From assembly GCA_045599985.1 (NCBI GenBank), contig JAZRWZ010000166.1, forward strand, positions 2,369 through 66,368: a stretch of DNA of 64,000 nt, written 5' to 3'. The stretch comes from Acutalibacteraceae bacterium (GTDB taxonomy: Bacteria; Bacillota; Clostridia; Oscillospirales; Acutalibacteraceae). Positions 1-10,260 of this stretch are shown one piece after another. The stretch's first letter is position 1. Each line of letters begins with the position of its first letter. The position numbers were made by a program, and so were the translations under genes. The notes under the pieces were generated by a model. It was not told the origin of the DNA and did no database searches. It saw only the letters and a program-made list of their open reading frames with translations.

Positions 1-91
1 TTTTCTCCCTTTTTCTTTTCCCTTTTTCCGGGCACTCCCCCGATTTATATTCATTCAATATAATTCCGAAAAAATGCCCAAAATTTCAATT

Positions 92-120
92 ATTATATCA
101 CTTTACATATTTTTTTACAA
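92..120 (-). promoter_or_regulatory. sigma-A-type promoter for a divergent gene starting left of the window
   Basis: Minus strand TTGTAA (120-115), 17 nt, TATAAT (97-92); purine-rich RBS-like AAAAGGGAGAAAA on the minus strand at the window edge. Confidence 0.5.
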
Positions 121-226
121 TAATTTAACAGAAAATGAACGGCTGAATTTTACAATTTGCGAAGCGAAAACACATCCCTCCGACAGAATCGGAGCCATCC
201 TTTCGGACAATTCCGGAAAAAGAGGG

Positions 227-254
227 TTGACAAATCCGGAATATGTGGTATAGT
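227..254 (+). promoter_or_regulatory. sigma-A-type promoter of the acyl-CoA synthetase gene
   Basis: TTGACA (227-232), 16 nt, TG-N-TATAGT extended -10 (246-254). Confidence 0.7.
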
Positions 255-320
255 AGTATCACACTTCGCTTTAGCGCTTAAAAGCGTCATCGCTTAAAAG
301 CGTTTAAGCACTAAAGGAGA

Positions 321-1952
321 ATGGATATGCCTATTACCGATTTTTTGATGAAAAACGCCGCCATGTACGAAAATGATGTTGCACTGGTGGAAATCAACCC
401 TCTTGTAAAAGACCGCCCCGATTGGAACGAATTCTCTTTGGTGGAGGCTCTGCCCCGCGACCGTTACCGCCGTGAGATTACCTGGGGCGAATTTGATAAA
501 CGCGCCAACCGCTTTGCCAACCTGCTGCTCTACAAGGGCATCAAGAAGGGCGATAAGGTAGGCATTCTGCTGATGAACTGCATCGAGTGGCTGCCCATTT
601 ACTTCGGTATTCTGCGCACCGGCGCCATTGTGGTGCCCCTGAACTTCCGCTACACCGCCGATGAAATTCAATACTGCGTGGAATTGGCCGACATCAGCGT
701 GCTGGTTTTCGGCCCCGAATTTACCGACCGTGTTGCCGCCGTAAAGGATAACCTGGCTGTTACCGATTACTACTTTGTGGGCGAGGATGCACCCGATTTC
801 ACCTGCAATTACGAAAAAGAAATCGCCTTTTTCTCCCGCAAAACGCCCGATATTCTGATTACCGATGAGGATTTCGCCGCCATCTACTTCTCCAGCGGCA
901 CCACCGGCTTCCCCAAGGCGATTCTGCACGACCACATGAGCCTTGTTTCCAGCTGTGAAACCGAGCAAAACCACCACGGCCAGACCCGTAACGATACCTT
1001 CCTGTGCATTCCTCCCCTGTACCATACCGGCGCCAAAATGCACTGGTTCGGCAGCCTGCTTTCCGGCAGCCGTGCCGTGCTGCTGCGCGGCGTAAAGCCC
1101 GAGTGGATTATCAACACCGTTTCCGAAGAGCACTGCACCATCGTCTGGCTGCTTGTGCCCTGGGCGCAGGATATTCTGGATGCCATTGACCGTGGCGACA
1201 TCAACCTTGACAACTACCGTCTGAGCCAGTGGAGATTGATGCACATCGGCGCACAGCCCGTGCCCCCCTCACTCATCCGCCGCTGGAAGACCTGCTTCCC
1301 CAACCATCAGTATGACACCAACTACGGCCTGAGCGAATCCATCGGCCCCGGCTGCGTTCATCTGGGTGTGGAAAACATCCACAAGGTCGGTGCCATCGGC
1401 AAGGCCGGCTACAAGTGGGAAATCAAGATTGTGGATGAAAACGGCGTAACCGTGCCCCGCGGCGATGTGGGCGAGCTTTGCGTAAAGGGCCGCGGCGTTA
1501 TGAAATGCTACTACAAAGACCCCGATGCCACCAATGCCGTGCTTAAGGACGGCTGGCTCTTCACCGGCGACATGGCCATGGAGGATGAGGACGGCTTCGT
1601 CTTCCTTGTGGACCGCAAAAAGGATGTTATCATCAGCGGCGGCGAAAACCTGTACCCCGTTCAGATTGAGGATTACCTGCGCCGCCACAATGCTGTTAAG
1701 GATGTGGCCGTTATCGGTATGCCAGACCCCCGTCTGGGCGAAATCGCGGCAGCCATTATCGAAATCAAACCCGGCTTCACCTGCACCGAGGAGGAAATCA
1801 ACGAATTCTGCAAGGACCTGCCCCGCTACAAGCGCCCCCGCAAGGTCATCTTTGCCGATGTGCCCCGCAACCCCACCGGCAAAATCGAAAAGCCGAAGCT
1901 GCGCCAGATTTACTGCGGCGGCAGCGTAGTGGCAGCAGAGAACGAGATTTGA
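321..1952 (+). CDS. AMP-binding (class I adenylate-forming) acyl-CoA synthetase
   Basis: YFSSGTTGFPK P-loop, YGLSE, GWLFTGD, IISGGENLYP and PTGKI motifs; RBS AAAGGAGA. Confidence 0.9.
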   Translation: MDMPITDFLMKNAAMYENDVALVEINPLVKDRPDWNEFSLVEALPRDRYRREITWGEFDKRANRFANLLLYKGIKKGDKVGILLMNCIEWLPIYFGILRTGAIVVPLNFRYTADEIQYCVELADISVLVFGPEFTDRVAAVKDNLAVTDYYFVGEDAPDFTCNYEKEIAFFSRKTPDILITDEDFAAIYFSSGTTGFPKAILHDHMSLVSSCETEQNHHGQTRNDTFLCIPPLYHTGAKMHWFGSLLSGSRAVLLRGVKPEWIINTVSEEHCTIVWLLVPWAQDILDAIDRGDINLDNYRLSQWRLMHIGAQPVPPSLIRRWKTCFPNHQYDTNYGLSESIGPGCVHLGVENIHKVGAIGKAGYKWEIKIVDENGVTVPRGDVGELCVKGRGVMKCYYKDPDATNAVLKDGWLFTGDMAMEDEDGFVFLVDRKKDVIISGGENLYPVQIEDYLRRHNAVKDVAVIGMPDPRLGEIAAAIIEIKPGFTCTEEEINEFCKDLPRYKRPRKVIFADVPRNPTGKIEKPKLRQIYCGGSVVAAENEI

Positions 1953-1995
1953 CCTTTCATCTTACACCGAATATAAATCATCTTAATCCGACAAA

Positions 1996-2023
1996 AATCC
2001 CCACTGTGAAAGCAGCGGGGATT
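1996..2023. terminator. bidirectional intrinsic terminator
   Basis: AATCCCC-a-CTG/CAG-c-GGGGATT hairpin between convergent acyl-CoA ligase and secA. Confidence 0.65.
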
Positions 2024-2068
2024 CTGTATTATTTGATTGTATTTGCGTCTGAGGGCGTTGGCATCCGC

Positions 2069-4828
2069 TTACTGCTTGCGCACATCACCGCAGCAGTGCT
2101 TATATTTTTTGCCGCTGCCGCAGGGGCAGGGGTCGTTGGGGCCGGGCTTTTTCACCTTGCGCACGGTTCTGCCCTTTTCGCTGCCGTCGGAGCCGCCGGC
2201 GGAGCTGGTGGCGGTGATTTTCGCCTCCTGCTCGCGTTTGGTTTCGCTCTCATTCTTTACGATAACGGTGAGCATCTGCTTCACGGTGTTTTCGCGGATT
2301 TCCGCTGTCATTTCGTCAAACATATCAAAGCTTTCCATGCGGTAGGCCACGATGGGGTCGGTCTGACCGTAGGCGCGCAGGCCAATGCCGCGGCGCAGTT
2401 CGTCCATGGCATCAATGTGGTCCATCCAGCGCATATCCACGTTGCGCAGCAGAACCATGCGCTCCACCTCACGCATCAGAGGCGTGCCGGCCTCGGTGCT
2501 GCCGAACATCTCCTCACGCTGACGGTACAGCTCCTCCCCGCGGGTAAGAAGCATCTCTTTCACTTCATCCTTCTTCAGCTTGCCCTCGGTGAAATCGGCG
2601 GGAGCGGTGAGCCAGCCGAGGAATTTCTCCCGCAGGCCGTCCCAGTTCCATTCATCCTTGGAAACCGCATCGGAGCAATAGAAATCAACGGATTCGTTGA
2701 TGCAATCCTCCATCATCTTGTGAATCACGTTTGTCAGGTCTTCACCGTCCAGCACCTGATTGCGCTGACCGTACATGATTTCACGCTGACGGTTCATAAC
2801 ATCGTCATAATCCAGCACGCTCTTACGAATGGCAAAGTTCTTGCCCTCAATGCGCTTCTGCGCGTTTTCAACGGTGTTGGACAGGATTTTGGCCTCAATG
2901 GGCATATCCTCATCCGCATTGAGCATATCCATCAGGCGGGTAATGCGTTCACCGCCGAACAGACGCATCAGGTCATCCTCCAGCGCAAGGTAGAAGCGGC
3001 TTTCACCGGGGTCACCCTGACGGCCGGAACGGCCGCGAAGCTGGTTATCAATACGGCGGGCCTCATGGCGCTCCGTGCCGATGATGAACAGACCGCCTGC
3101 ATTGCGCACGGTTTCGGCCTCATCCTTGATGGCATCCTTATATTTCTGCTCCAGTGTGCGGAAGGTTTCGCGGGCCTCAATGATATTTTCATCATCGGTG
3201 TCGCCAAAGCCGGTGGCCTCGGCAATCAGCTCCTCCGCAAAACCCATGCGGCGCATCTCGGCCTTGGCCAGATACTCGGGGTTACCGCCCAGCATGATAT
3301 CCGTGCCGCGGCCTGCCATGTTGGTGGCAATGGTAACGGCGCCCAGCTTACCGGCCTGCGCCACGATATCCGCCTCTTTGGCGTGGAACTTGGCATTCAA
3401 AACCTCATGCTTAATGCCGCGGCGCTTGAGCAAAGCACTCAGCACCTCGGATTTTTCAACGGAAACAGTACCCACCAGCACGGGCTGACCCTTTTCGTGG
3501 CAGGCAACAATCTGCTCGATAACGGCGTTGTACTTGGCCTTTTCCGTTTTGTAAACCACATCGGGGTTATCAATACGAATCATGGGCTTGTTTGTGGGAA
3601 TCTCCACCACATCCAGATTGTAAATCTGGCGGAATTCCTGACTCTCCGTCATGGCGGTACCCGTCATACCGGAAAGCTTCTTGTAAAGGCGGAAATAGTT
3701 CTGGAAGGTGATGGTGGCAAGGGTTTTGCTCTCGTGCTCCACTTCCACGCCCTCTTTGGCCTCAATGGCCTGATGCAGACCCTCGTTGTAGCGTCTGCCG
3801 TGCATGATGCGGCCCGTGAATTCATCCACAATCAGAACGGCGCCGTCCTGCACCACATAGTCCACATCCCGCTTCATAACACCAATGGCCTTGATGGCCT
3901 GATTGATGTGGTGCTGCAGGGTCATATTCTCGGCATCCATCAGGTTTTCCAGATTGAAATAACGCTCTGCCTTGTGAACACCGTTCTCGGTAATGGTGGC
4001 GGTTCTGGCCTTTTCATCCACCACATAGTCGGCATCCTCATCCACCAGATCCTCAATGCGGTCCTTCTGCATGGTCTCCTTGACAACGGCCTTTTTCAGG
4101 GTCAGCACAAAGGAGTTCACAACCTTGTAGGTATCGGTGGATTTATCACCGCGGCCGGAAATAATCAGGGGGGTACGGGCCTCATCAATCAGGATGGAGT
4201 CCACCTCATCCACCACGGCAAAGGCAAAGCCGCGCTGCACACGGTGCTCCGCATAGGTCACCATGTTGTCACGCAGGTAGTCAAAGCCCATCTCGTTGTT
4301 GGTGCCGTAGGTGATATCGGCAGCATAGGCCTCACGGCGCTGCTCATTCTCCAAATCGTGCACAATCAGGCCTACGGAAAGGCCCATATAACGGTAAACC
4401 TTGCCCATCCACTCGCTGTCGCGGCGGGCCAGATAATCGTTGACGGTAACAATATGAACGCCCTCACCCGTCAAGGCATTCAGGTAAGCGGGCAGGGTAG
4501 CCACAAGGGTTTTGCCCTCACCGGTTTTCATCTCGGCAATTCTGCCCTGATGCAGAATGATACCGCCCATGATCTGCACGGGGAAATGCTTCATGTTCAG
4601 CACACGCCAGGAAGCCTCACGCAGGGCGGCAAAAGCCTCCGGCAGAATGTCATCCGTTGTTTCGCCGTTGGCAAGGCGCTCCTTGAAATAGGGGGTTTTT
4701 GCCTTGAGCTCCTCATCGGAGAGGGCGGCATACTCGCTCTCCAGCGCCAGCACCTTATCCACAAGGGGGCGAATTCTTTTAATCTCTTTGGTGGAGTAAT
4801 CACCGAAAATTTTAGTAAGTAATCCCAT
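2069..4828 (-). CDS. secA: preprotein translocase ATPase SecA
   Basis: MKTGEGKT Walker [30 protein letters not shown] and C-terminal [16 protein letters not shown] motif. Confidence 0.99.
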   Translation of the reverse strand: MGLLTKIFGDYSTKEIKRIRPLVDKVLALESEYAALSDEELKAKTPYFKERLANGETTDDILPEAFAALREASWRVLNMKHFPVQIMGGIILHQGRIAEMKTGEGKTLVATLPAYLNALTGEGVHIVTVNDYLARRDSEWMGKVYRYMGLSVGLIVHDLENEQRREAYAADITYGTNNEMGFDYLRDNMVTYAEHRVQRGFAFAVVDEVDSILIDEARTPLIISGRGDKSTDTYKVVNSFVLTLKKAVVKETMQKDRIEDLVDEDADYVVDEKARTATITENGVHKAERYFNLENLMDAENMTLQHHINQAIKAIGVMKRDVDYVVQDGAVLIVDEFTGRIMHGRRYNEGLHQAIEAKEGVEVEHESKTLATITFQNYFRLYKKLSGMTGTAMTESQEFRQIYNLDVVEIPTNKPMIRIDNPDVVYKTEKAKYNAVIEQIVACHEKGQPVLVGTVSVEKSEVLSALLKRRGIKHEVLNAKFHAKEADIVAQAGKLGAVTIATNMAGRGTDIMLGGNPEYLAKAEMRRMGFAEELIAEATGFGDTDDENIIEARETFRTLEQKYKDAIKDEAETVRNAGGLFIIGTERHEARRIDNQLRGRSGRQGDPGESRFYLALEDDLMRLFGGERITRLMDMLNADEDMPIEAKILSNTVENAQKRIEGKNFAIRKSVLDYDDVMNRQREIMYGQRNQVLDGEDLTNVIHKMMEDCINESVDFYCSDAVSKDEWNWDGLREKFLGWLTAPADFTEGKLKKDEVKEMLLTRGEELYRQREEMFGSTEAGTPLMREVERMVLLRNVDMRWMDHIDAMDELRRGIGLRAYGQTDPIVAYRMESFDMFDEMTAEIRENTVKQMLTVIVKNESETKREQEAKITATSSAGGSDGSEKGRTVRKVKKPGPNDPCPCGSGKKYKHCCGDVRKQ

Positions 4829-4867
4829 TGTATTTGCCTTTCTTTTTCTGCTTTTTATCGGTTAATA

Positions 4868-5365
4868 TTATACGCGGTCGGGGTCAAAATCAATCAGAAT
4901 GCTGTCGGCTCTGGGCTTTAAGCAGGTGTATCTGACCCCTGCGGCATCAAACATTCTTTTGGAGGCACGGGTGCCCACCGTGTTCTCGTATTTATCGGAG
5001 AGGTAAAACACCTCACGGATTCCGCACTGGATAATGGCCTTGGCACATTCGTTGCAGGGGAACAGGGCCACATAAATTTTACAGCCGTGCAGGTCGCCCC
5101 CGGCGCAGTTGAGAATGGCGTTGAGCTCCGCATGGCACACATAGGGGTATTTGGTATCGTAGTCATCCCCGGTTCTGTCCCAGGGAAAATCGTCATCGCT
5201 GCACCCGGCGGGGAAGCCGTTGTAGCCCACGGACATGATTTTGTTATTGCCGTTCACAATGCAGGCACCCACCTGGGTGTTCGGGTCCTTGCTGCGTTTG
5301 GCGGAGAGCAGGGCAATTCCCATAAAATATTCGTCCCACGAAATGTAATCGGTTCTTTTTGGCAT
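4868..5365 (-). CDS. dCMP deaminase (ComEB-like)
   Basis: [19 protein letters not shown] and PCNEC zinc motifs. Confidence 0.9.
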   Translation of the reverse strand: MPKRTDYISWDEYFMGIALLSAKRSKDPNTQVGACIVNGNNKIMSVGYNGFPAGCSDDDFPWDRTGDDYDTKYPYVCHAELNAILNCAGGDLHGCKIYVALFPCNECAKAIIQCGIREVFYLSDKYENTVGTRASKRMFDAAGVRYTCLKPRADSILIDFDPDRV

Positions 5366-5401
5366 GCGGCAAAGCTCCTTTCGTCAATCGGTTAAGAAGA
5401 A

Positions 5402-6166
5402 TTACAGGTCTATCACTAATTCCACGGGGCAATGGTCGGAGCCGAAAATCTCCTGATGAATGGCGGCGCTCCTCATGGCAGGCACCAATGAGTCGGACAC
5501 CACAAAATAATCTATCCGCCAACCCGCGTTCTTTTCACGGGCGTGAAAGCGGTATGACCACCAGCTGTATTGCTCCGCCGTATCGGGGTAAAAATGGCGG
5601 AAGGAATCCGTAAAACCGGCAGCCAGCAAATCGCTGAATTTGCCCCGCTCCTCATCGGTAAAGCCGGGGTTCATGCGGTTGGTCTTGGGGTTTTTCAAAT
5701 CAATCTCTTTATGAGCCACATTCAGGTCGCCGCAAAAAATCACGGGCTTGCTCTGCTCCAACCCTTTTAGGTAGGCCAGAAAAGCATCCTCCCACGCCAT
5801 GCGGTAGTCCAGCCGCACCAAACCGTCACGGGAATTGGGCACATAGACGGTAACCAGATAATATTTCTCAAACTCCAGCGTAATCACTCTGCCCTCGGTG
5901 TCGTGCTCGGGGATTCCCAAGCCGTAACCAACGGACAGCGGCTCCTCTTTGGTGAAAACGGCGGTGCCGGAATAGCCCTTTTTCTCGGCGTAGTTCCAGT
6001 ATTGGAAGTAGCCGGGCAAAACCAGTGCGGTCTGCCCCTCGGTCACCTTTGTTTCCTGCAAGCAGAACACATCCGCATCCAAAGCGGCAAAGGAACCGGC
6101 AAAATCCTTATTCATGCAGGCACGAATCCCGTTTACATTCCACGAAATCAGTTTTTTGACCGACAC
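5402..6166 (-). CDS. exoA: exodeoxyribonuclease III / AP endonuclease
   Basis: SWNVNG, LQETK, GDLNVAH, GWRIDY and GSDHCP motifs; GTG start at 6166 chosen from the RBS AGGGAGAGG. Confidence 0.93.
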   Translation of the reverse strand: MSVKKLISWNVNGIRACMNKDFAGSFAALDADVFCLQETKVTEGQTALVLPGYFQYWNYAEKKGYSGTAVFTKEEPLSVGYGLGIPEHDTEGRVITLEFEKYYLVTVYVPNSRDGLVRLDYRMAWEDAFLAYLKGLEQSKPVIFCGDLNVAHKEIDLKNPKTNRMNPGFTDEERGKFSDLLAAGFTDSFRHFYPDTAEQYSWWSYRFHAREKNAGWRIDYFVVSDSLVPAMRSAAIHQEIFGSDHCPVELVIDL

Positions 6167-6399
6167 GGTGCCATACCTCTCCCTTTTATCAATCATATTG
6201 GGTTATTATACCATATCTTTTTCCCCTTGTCACTCCCCAAACCGCCTAAAGGGAGCCTGACGAAAAAAATTAACATTTGAATCTTCTTAATTTTTCCTTA
6301 ATAGTGCTTTTGCGGTGTGGATTTTTTTCTTTTTTGATGTATAATAGACCTCGTTTTGTGAAAGAAATAATCGTTTGAGCGGAAAGGACGGTGTTCCCC

Positions 6400-7794
6400 A
6401 TGAGCCAAAAGCCTGCCATGTACCCCATCACCCCTGCCCAGAATATGATCAACTTCATGCTGAAGTACAGTTTTTTCCACAAGCAGGTCATTCAGATTCC
6501 CGCCTCGGTCATCTTCACCAAAAAGGTGGATTTTGAGGTGATGAAGCAGGCCCTGAATCTGGAAATTCAGCGCAACGACTGCATGCGCCTGCGTTTTAAG
6601 AAAAAGGGCGGCAAGTTCTTCCAGTATTTTCTGGATACCTACACGGTGGATTCCATACCCGTGAAGACCTTTAAAACCGAAGCGGAGCAGGAGGCTTTTC
6701 TCAACGCCGATGCCTGCACCCCCGTTCACCACATGAAGGGTGAAATCTACCGCTTTGTTTTCTTCAACACCTTCGACGGCCGTCAGGGTGTTTACATCAA
6801 CGTGAGCCATCTGGTTATGGATGCCTCCGCCGTATTCATCTTCTTCAGCGATTTATTTGCCTGCTACGACCATCTGGCCGAGGGCAAGCCTCTGCCCAAG
6901 CCCCTCGGCAAATTTGAGGAGGTTGCGCAGAAGGAGCTGGCCTACGCAGCCGATGCAGCAAAGGTAAATAAGGATAAGGACTTCTATTACAACTTTTTCA
7001 AAAACGGCGGTGAGCCCATCTTCAACGGTGTGCACGGCCCCGAGCCTCTGCTCAAGGCAAGGCAGAAAAAGAAGAATCCCAACCTGCGTGTGCTGGCCAG
7101 CTTTGACCCCATCCACGACAGAGCGGATTTGCTCAAGCGACCCCTTGACCCTGAAGACAGCCGCATCATTCTTGACTATATGCAGCAGAGCGGCTGCTCA
7201 CCCGAGTGCCTTGTGCAGCTGGGCATGCGCCTGCATGTTGCCAAGCTGAACGCACCCGTGAATGACGGCATCATCGACACCTATTTTGTCACCCTTTGCA
7301 CACGCCGCAAGACCCTGACCGAAAAACGCTGCGGCGGTACCCTCACCAACACCCTGCCCTGGCGCATTGTGCTGCCCCGGGAGCTGACCTTCGAAGAGGC
7401 CATCGGTGAGCTTCAGAATCTGCAATACGACATCTTCCGCCATCAGGATTACAACTTCACCGAGTGGCGCGATGTGGAGAATGAGGTGTTCCATTACTCT
7501 TTGGCAGACGGCACCTCCACCATGATGTTCAGCTGGTTCCCGCTGGAGACCGACACCATGAACGGCTGGGACTATGAATTCAGCGGCTATGCCATAGGCC
7601 ACTATGTAATGCCCCTTTACACCTACACCATGAAGGACTGCAAAAACGACTCTCTGAAATTCGCCTATATGTACCGCACCAACGCCATCACCGCCGACCA
7701 CATCAATGCCCTGCACGACAATACCGTAAAGGCTTTGAAGATGGGCTGCCAAAACCCCAAAATGACCATCGGGGAAATCTGGGATGCTCTTTGA
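6400..7794 (+). CDS. stand-alone NRPS-type condensation domain protein
   Basis: YPITPAQ start, NDCMRLRF and SHLVMDA (HHxxxDG-like) motifs; single domain of about 464 aa; RBS GGAAAGGA. Confidence 0.75.
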   Translation: MSQKPAMYPITPAQNMINFMLKYSFFHKQVIQIPASVIFTKKVDFEVMKQALNLEIQRNDCMRLRFKKKGGKFFQYFLDTYTVDSIPVKTFKTEAEQEAFLNADACTPVHHMKGEIYRFVFFNTFDGRQGVYINVSHLVMDASAVFIFFSDLFACYDHLAEGKPLPKPLGKFEEVAQKELAYAADAAKVNKDKDFYYNFFKNGGEPIFNGVHGPEPLLKARQKKKNPNLRVLASFDPIHDRADLLKRPLDPEDSRIILDYMQQSGCSPECLVQLGMRLHVAKLNAPVNDGIIDTYFVTLCTRRKTLTEKRCGGTLTNTLPWRIVLPRELTFEEAIGELQNLQYDIFRHQDYNFTEWRDVENEVFHYSLADGTSTMMFSWFPLETDTMNGWDYEFSGYAIGHYVMPLYTYTMKDCKNDSLKFAYMYRTNAITADHINALHDNTVKALKMGCQNPKMTIGEIWDAL

Positions 7795-7825
7795 TCCCGC
7801 AAAAAAACATAAAATGAACGAATCA

Positions 7826-7863
7826 GGCCGCCATGTGAACAAATCACACGGCGGCCCTTTTTA
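7826..7863. terminator. intrinsic terminator
   Basis: GGCCGCC...GGCGGCC stem with inner GTGA/TCAC pairing, followed by a T-run. Confidence 0.65.
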
Positions 7864-7884
7864 TTATCGGTTGTTATGAAGTTT

Positions 7885-7983
7885 TCAGCGCAGGGCGGTG
7901 ATTCCCACCACCACAATGCTTAACACGAGCAGCGCACACATAATGATGGCAATAATGCGCACCGCCAGATTTCTTTTACCCAT
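7885..7983 (-). CDS. 32-aa single-pass membrane peptide
   Basis: MGKRNLAVRIIAIIMCALLVLSIVVVGITALR; strong RBS GGGAGG 8 nt upstream; basic N-terminus followed by a hydrophobic helix. Confidence 0.65.
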   Translation of the reverse strand: MGKRNLAVRIIAIIMCALLVLSIVVVGITALR

Positions 7984-8073
7984 AGGAAAAACCTCCCTTG
8001 CGGCAATGCCCTCGGGCATGCCGGTTATTTTCCCCGCCCGTAAAGCCAACTCCGGCTGCGGCGGATTGAAAAG

Positions 8074-8097
8074 AGGGGCTGTCACAAGACAGCCCCT
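8074..8097 (-). terminator. terminator after the EF-G paralog
   Basis: Perfect AGGGGCTGTC-ACAA-GACAGCCCCT hairpin with a T-run on the minus strand. Confidence 0.75.
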
Positions 8098-8111
8098 TAC
8101 GTATTGAGAAA

Positions 8112-10160
8112 TTATTCCTCTTCCTCAGCCAGTTTCTTGGCGGCTTCCATAACCTTTCTGGCAACATCATCGGGAGCTACTTCGTAGTGAGTGAACTCAA
8201 AGGTATAAGAACCTCTGCCGACGGTGGTGGAGCGAAGAACGGTGGCAAAATCGCCGATTTCGCCCATAGGCATATCAAAGGTCAATTCCTGAAGCTTATT
8301 GTCATCGGCGCAGGTATCCTGACCCATGGGGCGGCCGCGTCTCTTACCGGCGATGTCACCGGTGATATCACCGATGTTGTCGTTGGGAAGCTGAACGGTC
8401 AGAGTGCCGTAGGGCTCCAGAATCTTGGGTCTGGCGTTCTGCATAGCCTCTTTGAATGCCAGTCTGGCAGCGGCCTGGAAGGCGGCATCGTTGGAGTCAA
8501 CGGGGTGGGACTGACCGTCGTGAAGAGCGGCGCGGATACCCACAACCTTACTGCCGGACAGGGGACCTTTTTCGATGGCCTTGCGAAGGCCTTTTTCAAC
8601 GGAGGGGATGAAGTTCTTGGGAACGGCGCCGCCGACTACTTCGTCAACGAATTCAAAGCCGTCACCCTCCATGGGCTCAAAGCGAACCCAAACATCACCG
8701 AACTGACCGCCGCCGCCGTTCTGCTTCTTGTGACGGCCGTGAGCGTCGTAAACGGCGCTGATGGTTTCACGGTAAGCAACACGGGGAGTGGAAAGCTCAT
8801 AACCAACGGTGAGCTTGCTCAATGCAACGGCAAGGTGCTGATCACCAAGGCCGGCAATGATCTGCTCATGGGTTTCGGTATTCAGAGTGAAGGTAATGGT
8901 GGGATCCTCAGCCACAACCTTGTTGATCTGCTGTGCAATCTTATCCTCTTCACCGCTCTTGGCAGCACGGATGGCCTTGGAGTAGCAGGGAACGGGATAG
9001 ATGGGGCCGGGCAGAACGGTGTCGCCCTTGGCAATGCAAAGGGTATCGCCGGTCTTGAAGGAATCCATCAGTTTGGTAACAACGCCGATATCACCGGCAG
9101 CAATGGCGGTAGTCTCTTCCTTGCCTTTGGGATCTTTGGGATCGCCTTTTACAAAGTAGAGCTTGCCCATTTTGTCGCTCTTTTCGGTTCTGCTGTTGTA
9201 AGCAGGCGTATCGGGCGTGATTTTACCGGAAATTACTTTGAAGAAAGAACATCCGCCGTAACCGTCATCCATGGTCTTGAAGCAGATTGCGGCCAGAGCG
9301 CCGTTCTCATCCACGGTGAAGTCGCCTTCGGCGGCGGCAGTGGCATCGGGAGCGGAAGCGGCAATACCGTTCAAAAGCAGGTCAACACCGTCGGTGGTGA
9401 AGCCGGAGCAGGCATATACGGGGTAGATATCGCCGTTGGCAATACCGGCCTTCAGGCCCTTGGCAATCTCTTCGGGAGTCAGAGGCTCCTCCATCAGGTA
9501 TTTTTCCATCAGTTCCTCATCGGCGCCGGCAACGGCCTCGATGAAGGTGTTTCTCATATCCTCAAGCTCGTCGGCGGGGAAAGCGATTTCGCTTGCCTTG
9601 CCGTTGGCATAGGCAAAAGCCTTGCCGCTGGTGAAATCGGCATAACCGGCAACCTTGCCGCCCTCAACAATAGGAACTACTACGGGGCATACGCTGGTGC
9701 CGTACTCTTCTGTAAGAGCAGTAAGAGTCTTTTCAAAATCGGTATTATCATCGCAGCGGGTAACGGCGAAAATCTTGGCGATGTTTCTCTTGTTGGCGGC
9801 ATGGAATGCCTTTTCGGTACCCACGTCTACGCCTGCGCCGCTGGCCAGAACGATCAGGGCAGTCTCGGCAGCACGGATACCTTCGCTGACGCCGCCGGCA
9901 AAGTCAAACTGACCGGGAGTGTCGATAATATTGACCTTGGTGTTGTTCCACTCAAGGTATGCAAGGGCGGAAGAAAGGGAGTTCTTGCGCTTCTTTTCCT
10001 CGGCGCTGAAATCGAGAACGGTGTTGCCGCTGTCAACTCTGCCTAATCTGTCGGTAGCTTTAGCGAGGAAAAGCATGGCCTCTGCAAGGGTCGTTTTACC
10101 TCTGCCGCCGTGGCCGGCAATAGCGACGTTTCTGATGTCTTTTGCTTGATAAGCTTTCAA
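8112..10160 (-). CDS. elongation factor G-like protein (EF-G2 paralog)
   Basis: GHGGRGKTT, DTPGQFDF, HKKQNGGGGQFGDV and full EF-G domain layout; TTG start after AAGGAGG. Confidence 0.9.
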   Translation of the reverse strand: MKAYQAKDIRNVAIAGHGGRGKTTLAEAMLFLAKATDRLGRVDSGNTVLDFSAEEKKRKNSLSSALAYLEWNNTKVNIIDTPGQFDFAGGVSEGIRAAETALIVLASGAGVDVGTEKAFHAANKRNIAKIFAVTRCDDNTDFEKTLTALTEEYGTSVCPVVVPIVEGGKVAGYADFTSGKAFAYANGKASEIAFPADELEDMRNTFIEAVAGADEELMEKYLMEEPLTPEEIAKGLKAGIANGDIYPVYACSGFTTDGVDLLLNGIAASAPDATAAAEGDFTVDENGALAAICFKTMDDGYGGCSFFKVISGKITPDTPAYNSRTEKSDKMGKLYFVKGDPKDPKGKEETTAIAAGDIGVVTKLMDSFKTGDTLCIAKGDTVLPGPIYPVPCYSKAIRAAKSGEEDKIAQQINKVVAEDPTITFTLNTETHEQIIAGLGDQHLAVALSKLTVGYELSTPRVAYRETISAVYDAHGRHKKQNGGGGQFGDVWVRFEPMEGDGFEFVDEVVGGAVPKNFIPSVEKGLRKAIEKGPLSGSKVVGIRAALHDGQSHPVDSNDAAFQAAARLAFKEAMQNARPKILEPYGTLTVQLPNDNIGDITGDIAGKRRGRPMGQDTCADDNKLQELTFDMPMGEIGDFATVLRSTTVGRGSYTFEFTHYEVAPDDVARKVMEAAKKLAEEEE

Positions 10161-10260
10161 GTTGTTTCCTCCTTATTCACTCGAAGCGAAACCGCTTCGG
10201 CTGCATTTCGACTCTAAGAGCACGATATCATATTGATTATATCATAGTGTTTTTTGCATT

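Noticed and set aside
1949-4822. 957-aa plus-strand ORF, and similar long antisense ORFs (8187-10046, 18037-19581, 32156-33955, 36687-39761, 41460-44249, 55220-57010)
   Set aside because: They mirror well-supported genes on the opposite strand, lack RBS and motifs, and are expected from biased codon usage leaving antisense frames open.
321-7794. Contiguous NRPS-like cluster (AMP ligase plus C domain)
   Set aside because: Separated by secA, dCMP deaminase and exoA on the other strand, and no carrier protein is present; any link would be in trans.
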